24,000 bases of DNA from Alicyclobacillaceae bacterium (lineage in GTDB: Bacteria; Bacillota; Bacilli; Alicyclobacillales; Alicyclobacillaceae), in assembly GCA_019683615.1 (NCBI GenBank), contig JADGIC010000010.1, positions 7,149-31,148 of the forward strand, given 5' to 3'. The notes under the pieces were generated by a model. The model saw nothing but the letters and a program-made list of their open reading frames with translations, did not search any database and was not told where the DNA came from. Position 1 is the stretch's first letter; each line of letters begins with the position of its first letter. Shown here piece after piece: positions 7,471-15,828 of the stretch. A program made the translations under genes and the position numbers.

Positions 7471-8549
7471 CCCGTCCCCTCCTCCCTGCAGTCGTCCGGA
7501 CCACCGTGCACCAGCCAGGCGCCGTCCGTCAGCGCCGTCAGCATCCGCTCCACCTCGACGGCGAAGCCGATGGCCGGCGCCGACGCCCCGAACTGACTGA
7601 GCAGGTCGTCGTACCGCCCGCCCAATGCCACCGGCGCACCGACGCCCGGCGCGAACACCTCGAACACGACGCCTGTGTAGTACGACAAGTCCCGCACCAT
7701 GGTCAGGTCGAAGGACAGCCGATCCGCCAGTCCCCGCTCGCGCAGCACCGCCGCCAGCCCGACCAGCTCCTCCCAGACAGCGAGTGCTGTCGCTCCGTCC
7801 GGCCGACCGGCGAAGCGCTCGTGCACAGCCGCCGGCAGGCCGCGTTCGGCCAGCGGATCCAGGCGCGACAAGAGGTCCAGCACGTCCCACTCCAGGTTGA
7901 ACGGAGCCAACTGTTCGCGGAAGCCGACGTAATCGCCTCGTGCCAGGCACTGGGTCAATCCAGCCACCGACTCCTCGGGCACGCCGCAAGCGCGCAGGAA
8001 CGCAGGAGCGAACAGGGCGTGGCTGACCACCAATTGCCATCCCTCCAGCTCCAGCCGGGCGACAGCCGACTGGCAGAGGGCGATGGCGTCCGCATCCGCG
8101 TCCCGGCCCGTGCGGCCAATCCACTCGATGCCCACCTGCGTCGACTCGGCCGCTTTGCCACTGGCCCAGGAAAGGGTGGCGGGATCGACCGTGCGGCGGT
8201 ACACGCGCTCCGCGTAGCACCACCGGATCTCACGCGTTCCCGCGGCAAGCAAGGGCACCGCCATTCGGGCGATGGACGGGGTCATCTCCGGCCGCAGCGC
8301 CACCGTCCGCCCGGTCGCGTCAAACAGGCGCAGCCACTGATCCGCCTCCGCCACCGAGCGGCCGCGCATCAGGGTCTCCACATACTCCAACAGTCCGCAC
8401 GACACCAGTTCGAATCCCTGCTGCTCAAAGAAGTTCAGCAGGCGCGACTCCAACCGCCGTCGGAGCCCGGCCTGCTGCGGATACACGTCACGCATCCCCG
8501 GCGGGCGCTCCGCCCACCGGTTCTGCACGTCAATCGACACACGCACCAC
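7464..8549 (-). CDS. hisZ: ATP phosphoribosyltransferase regulatory subunit (HisRS paralogue)
   Basis: The N-terminal PPGMRDVYP...LLNFFEQQGFELV is class-II aaRS-like, as in HisZ. It sits directly upstream of short-form hisG. The start is GTG at 8549 or one of the nearby GTGs at 8546/8540, so the start is uncertain by a few codons. Confidence 0.85.
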   Translation of the reverse strand: MVRVSIDVQNRWAERPPGMRDVYPQQAGLRRRLESRLLNFFEQQGFELVSCGLLEYVETLMRGRSVAEADQWLRLFDATGRTVALRPEMTPSIARMAVPLLAAGTREIRWCYAERVYRRTVDPATLSWASGKAAESTQVGIEWIGRTGRDADADAIALCQSAVARLELEGWQLVVSHALFAPAFLRACGVPEESVAGLTQCLARGDYVGFREQLAPFNLEWDVLDLLSRLDPLAERGLPAAVHERFAGRPDGATALAVWEELVGLAAVLRERGLADRLSFDLTMVRDLSYYTGVVFEVFAPGVGAPVALGGRYDDLLSQFGASAPAIGFAVEVERMLTALTDGAWLVHGGPDDCREEGTGC

Positions 8550-8652
8550 TCCGATGAGATGCTCGCGGCCCGCACCCCTGCCCGCACGCTCCAGATGGCT
8601 CAGCGCAAGCCGTGGTCACTTTCACATATTAATAAACTAAAGTGCTTCCGCT

Positions 8653-8681
8653 ATTGTACAACCGAGCTGAATGAGCGTCAA
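8653..8681 (-). promoter_or_regulatory. Sigma-A-type promoter of the his operon
   Basis: Minus strand: TTGACG (8681..8676), 17-nt spacer, TACAAT (8658..8653). It lies in the only AT-rich patch between ispG and hisZ and leaves a leader of about 95 nt. Confidence 0.6.
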
Positions 8682-8797
8682 CCATCGCGGACCGATGCCC
8701 GCGCTGCACAGCCGGCTGCCGCCTTCTGCGCGAACGCGCCGCCGTACCGGCAAACTGCCTGACCGGGCTGACCCCGGATGTGGGGCGCAACACCGGT

Positions 8798-9883
8798 TCA
8801 GTGAATCGACCCGGTCTCCTGGTACCGCTTGGCCATCGCGTCAATCTCCTTCTTCAACTCCTCGACCAGTTGCGCCTCGGGGATTTTCCGCACCACCTGG
8901 CCCTTGCGGAACAGAAGCCCTTCCCCGCGTGCACCGGCGATGCCAATGTCCGCTTCGCGCGCTTCACCCGGCCCGTTGACCGCACACCCGAGAACCGATA
9001 CCTTGATGGGCGCCCGGATGTTTTGCAGGTATGCCTCCACCTCGTTGGCGATGCTGATCAGGTCGATGTCGATGCGCCCGCAAGTCGGGCACGACACCAG
9101 CGTGGGCGCGTTCGAGATCAGGTGGAAAGTCTTCAGCAACTCGCGCGCCACCTTGACCTCCTCGACGGGGTCTGCGCTCAGCGACACGCGAATCGTGTTG
9201 CCGAGCCCCATGGAGAGGAGCGTCCCCAGCCCGGCCGCGCTCTTGATGGTCCCGGAGTACAGCGTGCCCGACTCGGTGATGCCGAGGTGCAGCGGATAGT
9301 TGAACGACTCCGCCGCCAGTTTGTACGCCTCGATGGCCAGCGGGACGTCCGATGCTTTCATCGATACGATGATGTCGTAAAAAGCCAGCTCCTCAAGGAT
9401 GCGAATGTGGTGCAGCGCACTTTCCAACATGCCCTGAGCCGTCGGATACCCGTACTTTTCAAGAATATGACGCTCCAACGAACCCGCATTGACGCCGATG
9501 CGAATCGGGATCCCGCGTTCCTTGCAAGCTTTCACAACGGCCTCAACACGATCCCGCTTGCCGATGTTGCCCGGGTTTATGCGGACCTTGTCGACCCCGT
9601 TCTCGATGGCGCGGAGCGCGAGCCGATGGTCAAAATGAATGTCGGCCACCAGCGGGATATGAATTCGCCGCTTGATCTCCTTGATGGCGTCGGCCGCCTC
9701 CGGCGTGTTCACGGTCACCCGGACAATTTCACAGCCCGCCTCTTCCAGGCGGTGAATTTCGGCCACCGTGGCTTCCACATCCGCCGTCTTCGTGGTCGTC
9801 ATGCTCTGAATATAGACGCGGTCGCTACCGCCTAAGACAAGGTCCCCGACACGAACCGGCCGAGTCTCCCTGCGATGGTACAT
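8798..9883 (-). CDS. ispG: 4-hydroxy-3-methylbut-2-enyl diphosphate synthase (MEP pathway)
   Basis: [16 protein letters not shown]...[39 protein letters not shown] and the Cys cluster SCPTCGR...GCAVNGPGE are present. The probable start is ATG 9883 with GGAGAGG upstream. The ORF-track start at 9967 lies inside a TATAAT box (9966..9971, minus strand). Confidence 0.92.
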   Translation of the reverse strand: MYHRRETRPVRVGDLVLGGSDRVYIQSMTTTKTADVEATVAEIHRLEEAGCEIVRVTVNTPEAADAIKEIKRRIHIPLVADIHFDHRLALRAIENGVDKVRINPGNIGKRDRVEAVVKACKERGIPIRIGVNAGSLERHILEKYGYPTAQGMLESALHHIRILEELAFYDIIVSMKASDVPLAIEAYKLAAESFNYPLHLGITESGTLYSGTIKSAAGLGTLLSMGLGNTIRVSLSADPVEEVKVARELLKTFHLISNAPTLVSCPTCGRIDIDLISIANEVEAYLQNIRAPIKVSVLGCAVNGPGEAREADIGIAGARGEGLLFRKGQVVRKIPEAQLVEELKKEIDAMAKRYQETGSIH

Positions 9884-10135
9884 GAGCCTCTCCCCAACCG
9901 CTTCGAATTGGCAGCCAGCGCAGATGAACAGCGCGAGCCGTGAAACACTGTTTGGATTCAGGTTCATTATACAACAACCGGGAGGCGCCGCGGCCGGGCC
10001 CTTTCCGCCGGCATGTACGATTTGCTAAATTAGGGGGTGTGCGCCCGTGCCCGTCGAGCGCCGTGACGTCTGCGGCGGGGGCGGGGCAAGATACAGGCAT
10101 CAACATATCACATCCGGCATGCCCGGAGCGGGAGT

Positions 10136-11215
10136 GTGGAGGACGTGATTGAGACCATTCAATCGTACCTCGGTGCAGAAGCGGACGACCTGCTGAACCA
10201 CATCTGCCGGACCATTCCGAAATCATCCCTGACCCTGCCATCACCCGATTTCGTCAGCGAAGTGTTTGCCGCCGGCTCCAACCGGAACAACCAGGTGTTA
10301 CGCAACCTCCAGTCTCTGTATAACAGCGGCCGCCTGGGCGGGACCGGATACCTGTCCATCCTTCCCGTGGACCAAGGCATCGAGCACTCGGCAGGTGCGT
10401 CGTTTGCCCGCAATCCCGCCTACTTCGACCCTGAAAACATTGTCAAGCTGGCGATCGAAGGCGGTTGCAACGGAGTTGCATCGACCCTTGGCGTGCTGGC
10501 CCTGACGTCGCGTAAGTACGCCCACAAAATCCCATTTATCGTCAAGATCAACCACAACGAGCTGCTGACCTACCCGAACAAGTATGATCAAGTGCTGTTC
10601 GCCCAGGTCAAGCAGGCGTGGGAACTGGGGGCAGCCGGCATCGGCGCGACGATTTACTTCGGGTCGCCGGAGTCAACCCGTCAGTTGCAGGAAATCAGCG
10701 AGGCATTTTACCACGCCCACCAGCTCGGGATGTTCACGATTCTGTGGTGCTACCTCCGCAATCCAGCCTTCAAAGTGGGAAAAACCGACTACCATCTGGC
10801 AGCCGACCTGACCGGGCAGGCCAACCATCTGGGCGTCACCATCGAGGCGGACATCATCAAGCAAAAACTTCCGGAGACCAACGGCGGATACAAGGCCCTA
10901 AGCAGGGAGGGCAGCAGTTATGGCAAGACCGACGAGCGCGTCTACACAGAGCTGACGTCCGATCACCCGATTGATCTCACCCGCTACCAAGTCGCCAACT
11001 GCTACATGGGCAGAATTGGGCTGATCAACTCAGGTGGCCCGTCCGGACAAAACGACTTTGCTGAAGCCGTACGCACCGCTGTGATCAACAAACGCGCCGG
11101 CGGGCAAGGGTTGATTTCCGGGCGCAAGGCGTTCCAGCGCCCCATGGACGAAGGCGTTCGGCTGCTGCATGCGATTCAGGACGTGTATCTGTGCAAGGAG
11201 GTCACCATCGCCTAA
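10136..11215 (+). CDS. fbaB: Class I fructose-bisphosphate aldolase, FbaB/DhnA type
   Basis: It resembles E. coli FbaB as I remember it along its whole length. Shared segments are [121 protein letters not shown] and the C-terminal ITIA. The start is GTG. Confidence 0.9.
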   Translation: MEDVIETIQSYLGAEADDLLNHICRTIPKSSLTLPSPDFVSEVFAAGSNRNNQVLRNLQSLYNSGRLGGTGYLSILPVDQGIEHSAGASFARNPAYFDPENIVKLAIEGGCNGVASTLGVLALTSRKYAHKIPFIVKINHNELLTYPNKYDQVLFAQVKQAWELGAAGIGATIYFGSPESTRQLQEISEAFYHAHQLGMFTILWCYLRNPAFKVGKTDYHLAADLTGQANHLGVTIEADIIKQKLPETNGGYKALSREGSSYGKTDERVYTELTSDHPIDLTRYQVANCYMGRIGLINSGGPSGQNDFAEAVRTAVINKRAGGQGLISGRKAFQRPMDEGVRLLHAIQDVYLCKEVTIA

Positions 11216-11364
11216 CTGCTGCCGAAACAACAGGGCACCCGACATGTCGCCCGTGCCGCCTCCCCTGTTCGCCCGGGTTGCGAGGGTTGGTCCCGCCGTG
11301 TCCCGGGCGGCGAGCTGCATATGGCCAAACCGGCAGCTCATACTAAGGGCCGGGGTGGCGAGAG

Positions 11365-11553
11365 ATGGGCCAACACAATCAGTTCGAACCAGGTTGGGAA
11401 GTGCCAAACGACGGGGAATACGTGGAGGTCGGGGAGCACCCGGACAGTGGTAACCTGCATGACCCGAAGCGGGTCATGCTGCGCAAAGGAGACCGCTTCC
11501 CGCGAACCAGCAACCCCAACCGCAAGTGGACCCGCGTCAAAAGCGGGCAATGA
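11365..11553 (+). CDS. YjzC-like small protein (62 aa), function unknown
   Basis: MGQHNQFEPGWEVPNDGEYVEVGE...GDRFPRTSNPNRKWTRV resembles the Bacillus YjzC family pattern (MGQ..F.PG...PN.G.YVE.GE...GDRFP.TSN.NR.W) as I recall it. GC3-rich codons support coding. Confidence 0.7.
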   Translation: MGQHNQFEPGWEVPNDGEYVEVGEHPDSGNLHDPKRVMLRKGDRFPRTSNPNRKWTRVKSGQ

Positions 11554-11603
11554 AACTGAGCATCCAACTGTGTATCTTTCCGCTTGGCTGCTGCTGCCGA
11601 CGA

Positions 11604-11645
11604 GGACAAGCCCGGCGCTGCCGGGGCCTTGTCCTTTCTGTTCCT
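11604..11645 (+). terminator. Intrinsic terminator after the yjzC-like gene
   Basis: GGACAAGCCCGGC - gct - GCCGGG(gc)CTTGTCC forms a long GC-rich hairpin with a 2-nt bulge. The T-rich sequence TTTCTGTTCCTT follows. Confidence 0.7.
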
Positions 11646-11721
11646 TCATGATATTCGAAGGAGCGACGTTCGAACCGGACGATGCCTGGCTTCATACAGA
11701 TCAACGAGGAGGCGGATCCCC

Positions 11722-12945
11722 ATGGCATCGAAGGCCGGCCATATCTCCCCCACCCACCAGGCGATTGCCCGCGAAGAGCAGCACGCGGTGCACAACTACA
11801 ACCCCTTGCCGGTCGTCATCACCCGGGCGGAAGGCGTATGGGTGGAAGACGTGGAAGGCCGGCGCTACATCGACATGCTCAGCGCCTACTCGGCGCTCAA
11901 CCACGGCCACCGTCATCCTCGGATCATCGCCGCCTTGAAGGCACAGGCCGACCGGCTGACGCTGACCTCCCGGGCGTTTCGGAACGACCAAATCGCCCCG
12001 TTCCTCGAGCGCGTCTCCGCGATTACAGGTAAATCCCGGGTTTTGCCGATGAACTCCGGGGCAGAGGCGGTGGAAACGGCTGTGAAGGCGGCGCGCAGGT
12101 GGGCGTACGACGTCAAAGGCGTGCCGCCCGATCAGGCCGAGATCATCGTGTGTGAAAACAACTTTCACGGGCGAACGATCACGGCCGTCTCGATGTCTTC
12201 AGAGCCGGCCTATCGACGCGGCTTTGGGCCGTTTACGCCAGGGTTCCGGGTGATCCCGTTCGGCGACGCCACCGCGCTGGCCGCCGCCATCAACGACTCG
12301 ACAGCCGCCTTTCTCGTCGAACCGATTCAGGGCGAGGCGGGCGTCATCGTGCCGCCAGACGGGTACCTGCGCGCTGCCCGGGAACTTTGCACACAGCGCC
12401 ATGTATTATTTATCGCCGACGAAATCCAGACCGGACTCGGACGGACCGGACGCACGTTTGCCTGCGACTGGGAAGACGTCACGCCGGACGTGTACATCCT
12501 GGGCAAAGCGCTCGGGGGAGGTGTCCTGCCCGTTTCCGCCGTCGCCGCCAACGACGACGTGCTCGGCGTGTTTGATCCCGGATCGCACGGCTCGACGTTT
12601 GGCGGCAATCCGCTGGCGTGCGCGGTCGCGGCTGAGGCGATTGATGTGCTCCTCGAGGAGCAGTTGGCAAGCCGTTCCGCCCAACTCGGCGAGTACATGC
12701 TGGGTGAACTCAGGCGCCTGCGCAACCCGCACATTCGCCACATCCGCGGGCGTGGACTATTCATCGGTGTCGAGCTGGACGTCCCGGCCCGTCCGTACTG
12801 TGAACAACTGATGGAGGCCGGCGTACTGTGCAAAGAGACCCACGAATACGTCATTCGCTTCGCGCCACCGCTGGTCATCCGCCGCGAAGAGCTGGAGGAT
12901 GCCCTCGCCCGCATTCGGGCGGTGCTCGACGGCAACAGTGATTGA
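11722..12945 (+). CDS. rocD: Ornithine--oxo-acid aminotransferase
   Basis: It is close to B. subtilis RocD as remembered. Shared segments are [128 protein letters not shown] and [17 protein letters not shown] 11722 has a GAGGAGG Shine-Dalgarno 9 nt upstream. The track ORF start at 11584 is read-through. Confidence 0.93.
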   Translation: MASKAGHISPTHQAIAREEQHAVHNYNPLPVVITRAEGVWVEDVEGRRYIDMLSAYSALNHGHRHPRIIAALKAQADRLTLTSRAFRNDQIAPFLERVSAITGKSRVLPMNSGAEAVETAVKAARRWAYDVKGVPPDQAEIIVCENNFHGRTITAVSMSSEPAYRRGFGPFTPGFRVIPFGDATALAAAINDSTAAFLVEPIQGEAGVIVPPDGYLRAARELCTQRHVLFIADEIQTGLGRTGRTFACDWEDVTPDVYILGKALGGGVLPVSAVAANDDVLGVFDPGSHGSTFGGNPLACAVAAEAIDVLLEEQLASRSAQLGEYMLGELRRLRNPHIRHIRGRGLFIGVELDVPARPYCEQLMEAGVLCKETHEYVIRFAPPLVIRREELEDALARIRAVLDGNSD

Positions 12946-12950
12946 GACGC

Positions 12951-12977
12951 AAAATCGGGGTGGAACCATCCACCCCG
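12951..12977 (-). terminator. Intrinsic terminator of the minus-strand oxidase operon. It may also stop rocD transcription from the other side.
   Basis: CGGGGTGGA - 4-nt loop - TCCACCCCG (12956..12977) is a perfect 9-bp stem. On the minus strand it is followed by A-TTTT (12955..12951). It lies 11 nt after the rocD stop. Confidence 0.7.
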
Positions 12978-13074
12978 TCAGGCGCCTGCGCAACCGCCAC
13001 AATCACCCCAAGCTCAAAGCTCAACGCCGGCCAGCACCGGCGATACCGCGCGATGCGGCGGCAGGCCCCGCCAG

Positions 13075-13188
13075 TCAGCGATGGGGCCGGACTTTTTTCG
13101 CGTTCGACAAACGCACCGTGTACCACAAGATCAACAAGCACAAAGCCGTGAACAAGAAGACGCCAAATGCAAATATCAGAGCCGGCAA
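13075..13188 (-). CDS. Candidate 37-aa single-pass membrane peptide at the 3' end of the oxidase operon (possible small oxidase subunit). Not in the ORF track.
   Basis: Manual translation from TTG 13188..13186 gives MPALIFAFGVFLFTALCLLILWYTVRLSNAKKVRPHR followed by TGA 13077..13075. This is one hydrophobic helix with a basic C-terminal tail. A GAAGGAG Shine-Dalgarno lies about 10 nt upstream, directly after the stop of the preceding gene. The operon terminator is about 100 nt downstream. The only support is the TTG start, the Shine-Dalgarno, the hydrophobicity and the position. Confidence 0.45.
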   Translation of the reverse strand: MPALIFAFGVFLFTALCLLILWYTVRLSNAKKVRPHR

Positions 13189-13214
13189 GTCGCACTCACT
13201 CCTTCACGCAGCCC

Positions 13215-13844
13215 TCAGGTCAGGTGCTGTCCGCACCACGCAGCAAATTCCCCAATCGACATCACGTCTTCCACCAGCAGAATGACGATAGCCGAGATGA
13301 TGGTGTACAGCCACACGTTCATCGCGATCGGGAAGAAGCCGTTAATCTTCTTCTTGCTGCCGAAGTTCGCATACCACCCGGCGACGGCCAACAGGATCAC
13401 GCTCAACAACGTGAGCAGAAACTCAATCACCGCCGTCGGCGCATACAATGTCGCCACTTGCGGAGACGCCCATGTGAACCAAATCATCAGCCGAAACTGA
13501 ATGACCAGCACGACCATGAACGCAATGGTCGCCAGAGCGAGGACACCGTTGAACGCCTTCCACCGGTTCTTAACGAACAGTGGAGCAGCAATCAGCAAAA
13601 GCACCCCGGCGATGATTAAGAACAGCGTGTCCCAATACGGCAGCTCCTTCAGCAAGCCGGCAGTCACCCGGTCGAACTTGGACGGATTCCAGCCGCGCAG
13701 GTAAACATTCGCTGCGACGAAGGCGGCTGTCGTAAACGTCAGCGCAATCAGACCCAGCCACACCGCCAGGTTCGCGTTGCCTTGGTGGTCAATGTGTTCG
13801 TCGTGCGCCGGATGCCCCCCGGCATGGGCGCCATGCATCGCCAC
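13215..13844 (-). CDS. Five-helix membrane protein, divergent cytochrome oxidase subunit III-like (short bacterial type)
   Basis: It is 209 aa with a His-rich N-terminus (MAMHGAHAGGHPAHDEHIDH) and about 5 predicted TM helices. The length and topology are similar to CtaE/QoxC. It lies in the oxidase operon after ctaB. The canonical subunit III motifs are only weakly recognisable. A GTG start has a GGGAGG Shine-Dalgarno 10 nt upstream. Confidence 0.5.
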   Translation of the reverse strand: MAMHGAHAGGHPAHDEHIDHQGNANLAVWLGLIALTFTTAAFVAANVYLRGWNPSKFDRVTAGLLKELPYWDTLFLIIAGVLLLIAAPLFVKNRWKAFNGVLALATIAFMVVLVIQFRLMIWFTWASPQVATLYAPTAVIEFLLTLLSVILLAVAGWYANFGSKKKINGFFPIAMNVWLYTIISAIVILLVEDVMSIGEFAAWCGQHLT

Positions 13845-13863
13845 TTGAAAAACGCCTCCCTTC

Positions 13864-14802
13864 TCAACGTAGCACGCCCGCCACGATGGCCGCGCATAAG
13901 CCTGTCAGGTAGATCAGCGACGTGCGGAACACGCGCCCTGCCCAGCGCAGGTCGTCGCGGGCGAAAAAGCCGCTCACAGCATCCGCTAAAAACCACAAAC
14001 CAAGGACCAAGACCACCCACAGGTACAACCGGCCGACGTACCCGAATCCGTACAACAGTAAGGACACCGGCAACATCGCCGCTGTATAGGCGACAATCTG
14101 CCGCTTTGTCTCCGCGAAGCCGCGCACGACAGGCAGCATCGGGATCCCAGCAGCCCGGTACTCGTCAACCCGCCGCATCGCCAACGGCAGGAAGTGCGGC
14201 GGCTGCCACAAGAAAAAGGTGAAGAACACGCACCAGGCCGGCAGCCCGAGCGATCCCCCGGAACCACCTGCCCAACCAATCAACGGGGGGAGTGCGCCAG
14301 CGACGCCTCCAAACACCGTGCTCAAGCTGGTCGTCCGCTTCAGCCACACGCTGTACACGTACGCATACACCACCAGGCCGGCAAGGCCGGCGGCAGCGGC
14401 CGTCCGGTTAACCAGCAGTGCCAGTACCGCCAACCCGGCGCAAGCCAGCGCCAGTCCCATGTACAACGCGGTCCGCGCTGCGACCCGGCCTTCCGCCACA
14501 GCACGGGTCTTCGTGCGCTCCATGCGCGGGTCGATGTCACGGTCGACATAGTTGTTCAAGGTGGCGCCGGCTGCCACCACCAAGGCCGTTCCCACCAGCG
14601 TCCAGACCACGGTGCCGGCTGACGGATGGCCGCGGCTCCCTGCCCACAGGCCGGCGAAGGTGGCCATCAGGTTGGCGAACGTAATGCCCAGCTTGGCCAC
14701 TGAGACATAATCCCGCAGCGACGGCCCGCGCCTGGTTGGCTCTGCCGGAGCCCGCTCGCGGCTGGGTGCCCCGGACTGCAGCACCCATCCTTCCGCTCCC
14801 AT
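13864..14802 (-). CDS. ctaB: Protohaem IX farnesyltransferase (haem O synthase)
   Basis: It carries the UbiA-family motif NNYVDRDIDPRMERTKTRA and a polytopic hydrophobic profile. ATG 14802 has a GAGGAGGTG Shine-Dalgarno 8 nt upstream and lies 22 nt after the ctaA stop. The track ORF start at 14934 overlaps ctaA and is rejected. Confidence 0.88.
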   Translation of the reverse strand: MGAEGWVLQSGAPSRERAPAEPTRRGPSLRDYVSVAKLGITFANLMATFAGLWAGSRGHPSAGTVVWTLVGTALVVAAGATLNNYVDRDIDPRMERTKTRAVAEGRVAARTALYMGLALACAGLAVLALLVNRTAAAAGLAGLVVYAYVYSVWLKRTTSLSTVFGGVAGALPPLIGWAGGSGGSLGLPAWCVFFTFFLWQPPHFLPLAMRRVDEYRAAGIPMLPVVRGFAETKRQIVAYTAAMLPVSLLLYGFGYVGRLYLWVVLVLGLWFLADAVSGFFARDDLRWAGRVFRTSLIYLTGLCAAIVAGVLR

Positions 14803-14824
14803 CCAATGGCCACCTCCTCGCCGA

Positions 14825-15781
14825 TTACTGTACAGGGCCCGGCTCTGCCAGCCCCAGGGCGCCAGGGGCGGGCACTCTCGCCATGCTGTGGCTGGTGGCC
14901 GAGACAAGCCAGCTGCACAAAGCCACAATCCCACCGGCCAGCGCCCAATGCAGCGTCGCGACCAGGAAGTCCAGCCTCGTCGCCAACGCCATCATCCCTG
15001 TCCCGGCCTGGCAGGCGACCATCGCCACGACGTACCTCGCCGCTTGGGCCGGCCCTCCTTCGCGGCGCGCCACATGCAGGAAGCGCCCGCTCGCCGCAGC
15101 CAGCAGGCCACCGGTGGCGATGTGGGCAGCCAGCATCAGCGCAGACGCGACCGAGCCAGGCGGAGTGTGTTGGCCGTGACTTGCAATGTAATTCATTTCG
15201 CCGAACAGCGCCTCGCTCGCCCCGGTGTGACGAAACACCGCGCCCGCCACGACAGCCAAGTAGGCCGCTGCCAACAGGCGTTGGGCAGCGCGACGAACGG
15301 CCGCGGCCGCGCCAAGGGCAGCACCAAGCCCGCCCCCGGCTGGACGCGGTGACTGCGGCGCCTCCGCCTTGTTGAGGGACACGGTGAGGTGCACGAACAA
15401 CGTCAGCATCACCATGCTGTTCACGACGTCGACGGTTGTCACCACGCCAGGCAGCCTGAACAGCACAATCAGCCCGCCGACGACAACCTGCAGCAGCAGG
15501 GAAGCCAACGCGGCCACTACCGTCCGCCTGGCGTCCTTGCGGTGCGACTGCGTCCGCCAGACCCACACCGCGGTCCAGCAGACCAGTACCAGAGCCAGCA
15601 GCGCCGAGGCACGGTGGATCAGCTCCAGGGCGACCAGACCGGTGAGCGGCGGCAGCACGTCTCCGTGACAGAGGGGCCAATCCGGGCAGACAAAGCCGGC
15701 GTCTTTTCCGACGATGATACCACCCAGGACCATCTGCACCCCAATCACGGCGGTCGTCAAGACCGGCAAGCGGTGCACCAC
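14825..15781 (-). CDS. ctaA: Haem A synthase
   Basis: It has the CPDWPLCHG motif, paired His-containing helices and a polytopic profile, as in the Bacillus CtaA/COX15 family. A GTG start has an AGGGGG Shine-Dalgarno 7 nt upstream. Confidence 0.85.
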   Translation of the reverse strand: MVHRLPVLTTAVIGVQMVLGGIIVGKDAGFVCPDWPLCHGDVLPPLTGLVALELIHRASALLALVLVCWTAVWVWRTQSHRKDARRTVVAALASLLLQVVVGGLIVLFRLPGVVTTVDVVNSMVMLTLFVHLTVSLNKAEAPQSPRPAGGGLGAALGAAAAVRRAAQRLLAAAYLAVVAGAVFRHTGASEALFGEMNYIASHGQHTPPGSVASALMLAAHIATGGLLAAASGRFLHVARREGGPAQAARYVVAMVACQAGTGMMALATRLDFLVATLHWALAGGIVALCSWLVSATSHSMARVPAPGALGLAEPGPVQ

Positions 15782-15828
15782 CGCTTCACCCCCTCACTGG
15801 CCTGTGGTTGCAGCGAACAGTCTGCTGA

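Noticed and set aside
6829-8223. Long N-terminal extensions suggested by the ORF track for hisG (to 8223), hisD (to 7180), ispG (to 9967), rocD (from 11584), ctaB (to 14934) and acnA (from 20366).
   Set aside because: In each case an internal start codon has a good Shine-Dalgarno and/or stop-start overlap with the upstream gene, and it aligns with the conserved N-terminus of the family. The upstream extensions overlap neighbouring genes or promoter elements and are low-complexity.
7365-8762. A 465-aa plus-strand ORF antisense to hisZ/hisG. Similar long shadow ORFs occur at 22079..23476(-), 14667..15680(-), 3910..4740(-), 1579..2517(+), 15922..16965(+), 17596..18540(+), 19710..20693(-) and 8780..9835(+).
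   Set aside because: All of them overlap genes with unmistakable conserved motifs on the other strand or in another frame. Their products are Arg/Pro/Ala/Gly-rich low-complexity strings with no recognisable motifs. They are the expected stop-codon-poor shadow frames of a GC-rich genome.
8550-8797. A possible T-box riboswitch or His-codon attenuator in front of the his operon.
   Set aside because: No GGGTGGTACCGCG-like T-box sequence occurs on the minus strand. The leader is only about 95 nt after the best promoter, and there is no short ORF with tandem His codons.
11216-11364. Hairpins between fbaB and the yjzC-like gene, for example GAGCTGC-N14-GCAGCTC at about 11308..11335 and AACAGGG...CCCTGTT at about 11231..11267, considered as terminators.
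   Set aside because: None is followed by a T-tract. They may be structural or Rho-related, but I cannot support a terminator or riboswitch call from the sequence alone.
11646-11721. A possible sigma-54 (-24/-12) promoter upstream of rocD, as in B. subtilis. A TTCGAA-N9-TTCGAA repeat at about 11651..11671 was also noted.
   Set aside because: The only TGGC (about 11684) is not followed by a TTGC-like -12 element at the correct spacing. The repeat is short and TTCGAA is self-complementary, so this could be chance. No supportable promoter call can be made.
12875-13195. A 106-aa minus-strand ORF in the rocD/oxidase intergenic region.
   Set aside because: It runs through the intrinsic terminator hairpin and into the rocD coding region, and it has no Shine-Dalgarno. 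The 37-codon ORF in a different frame (13075..13188) fits the signals much better.
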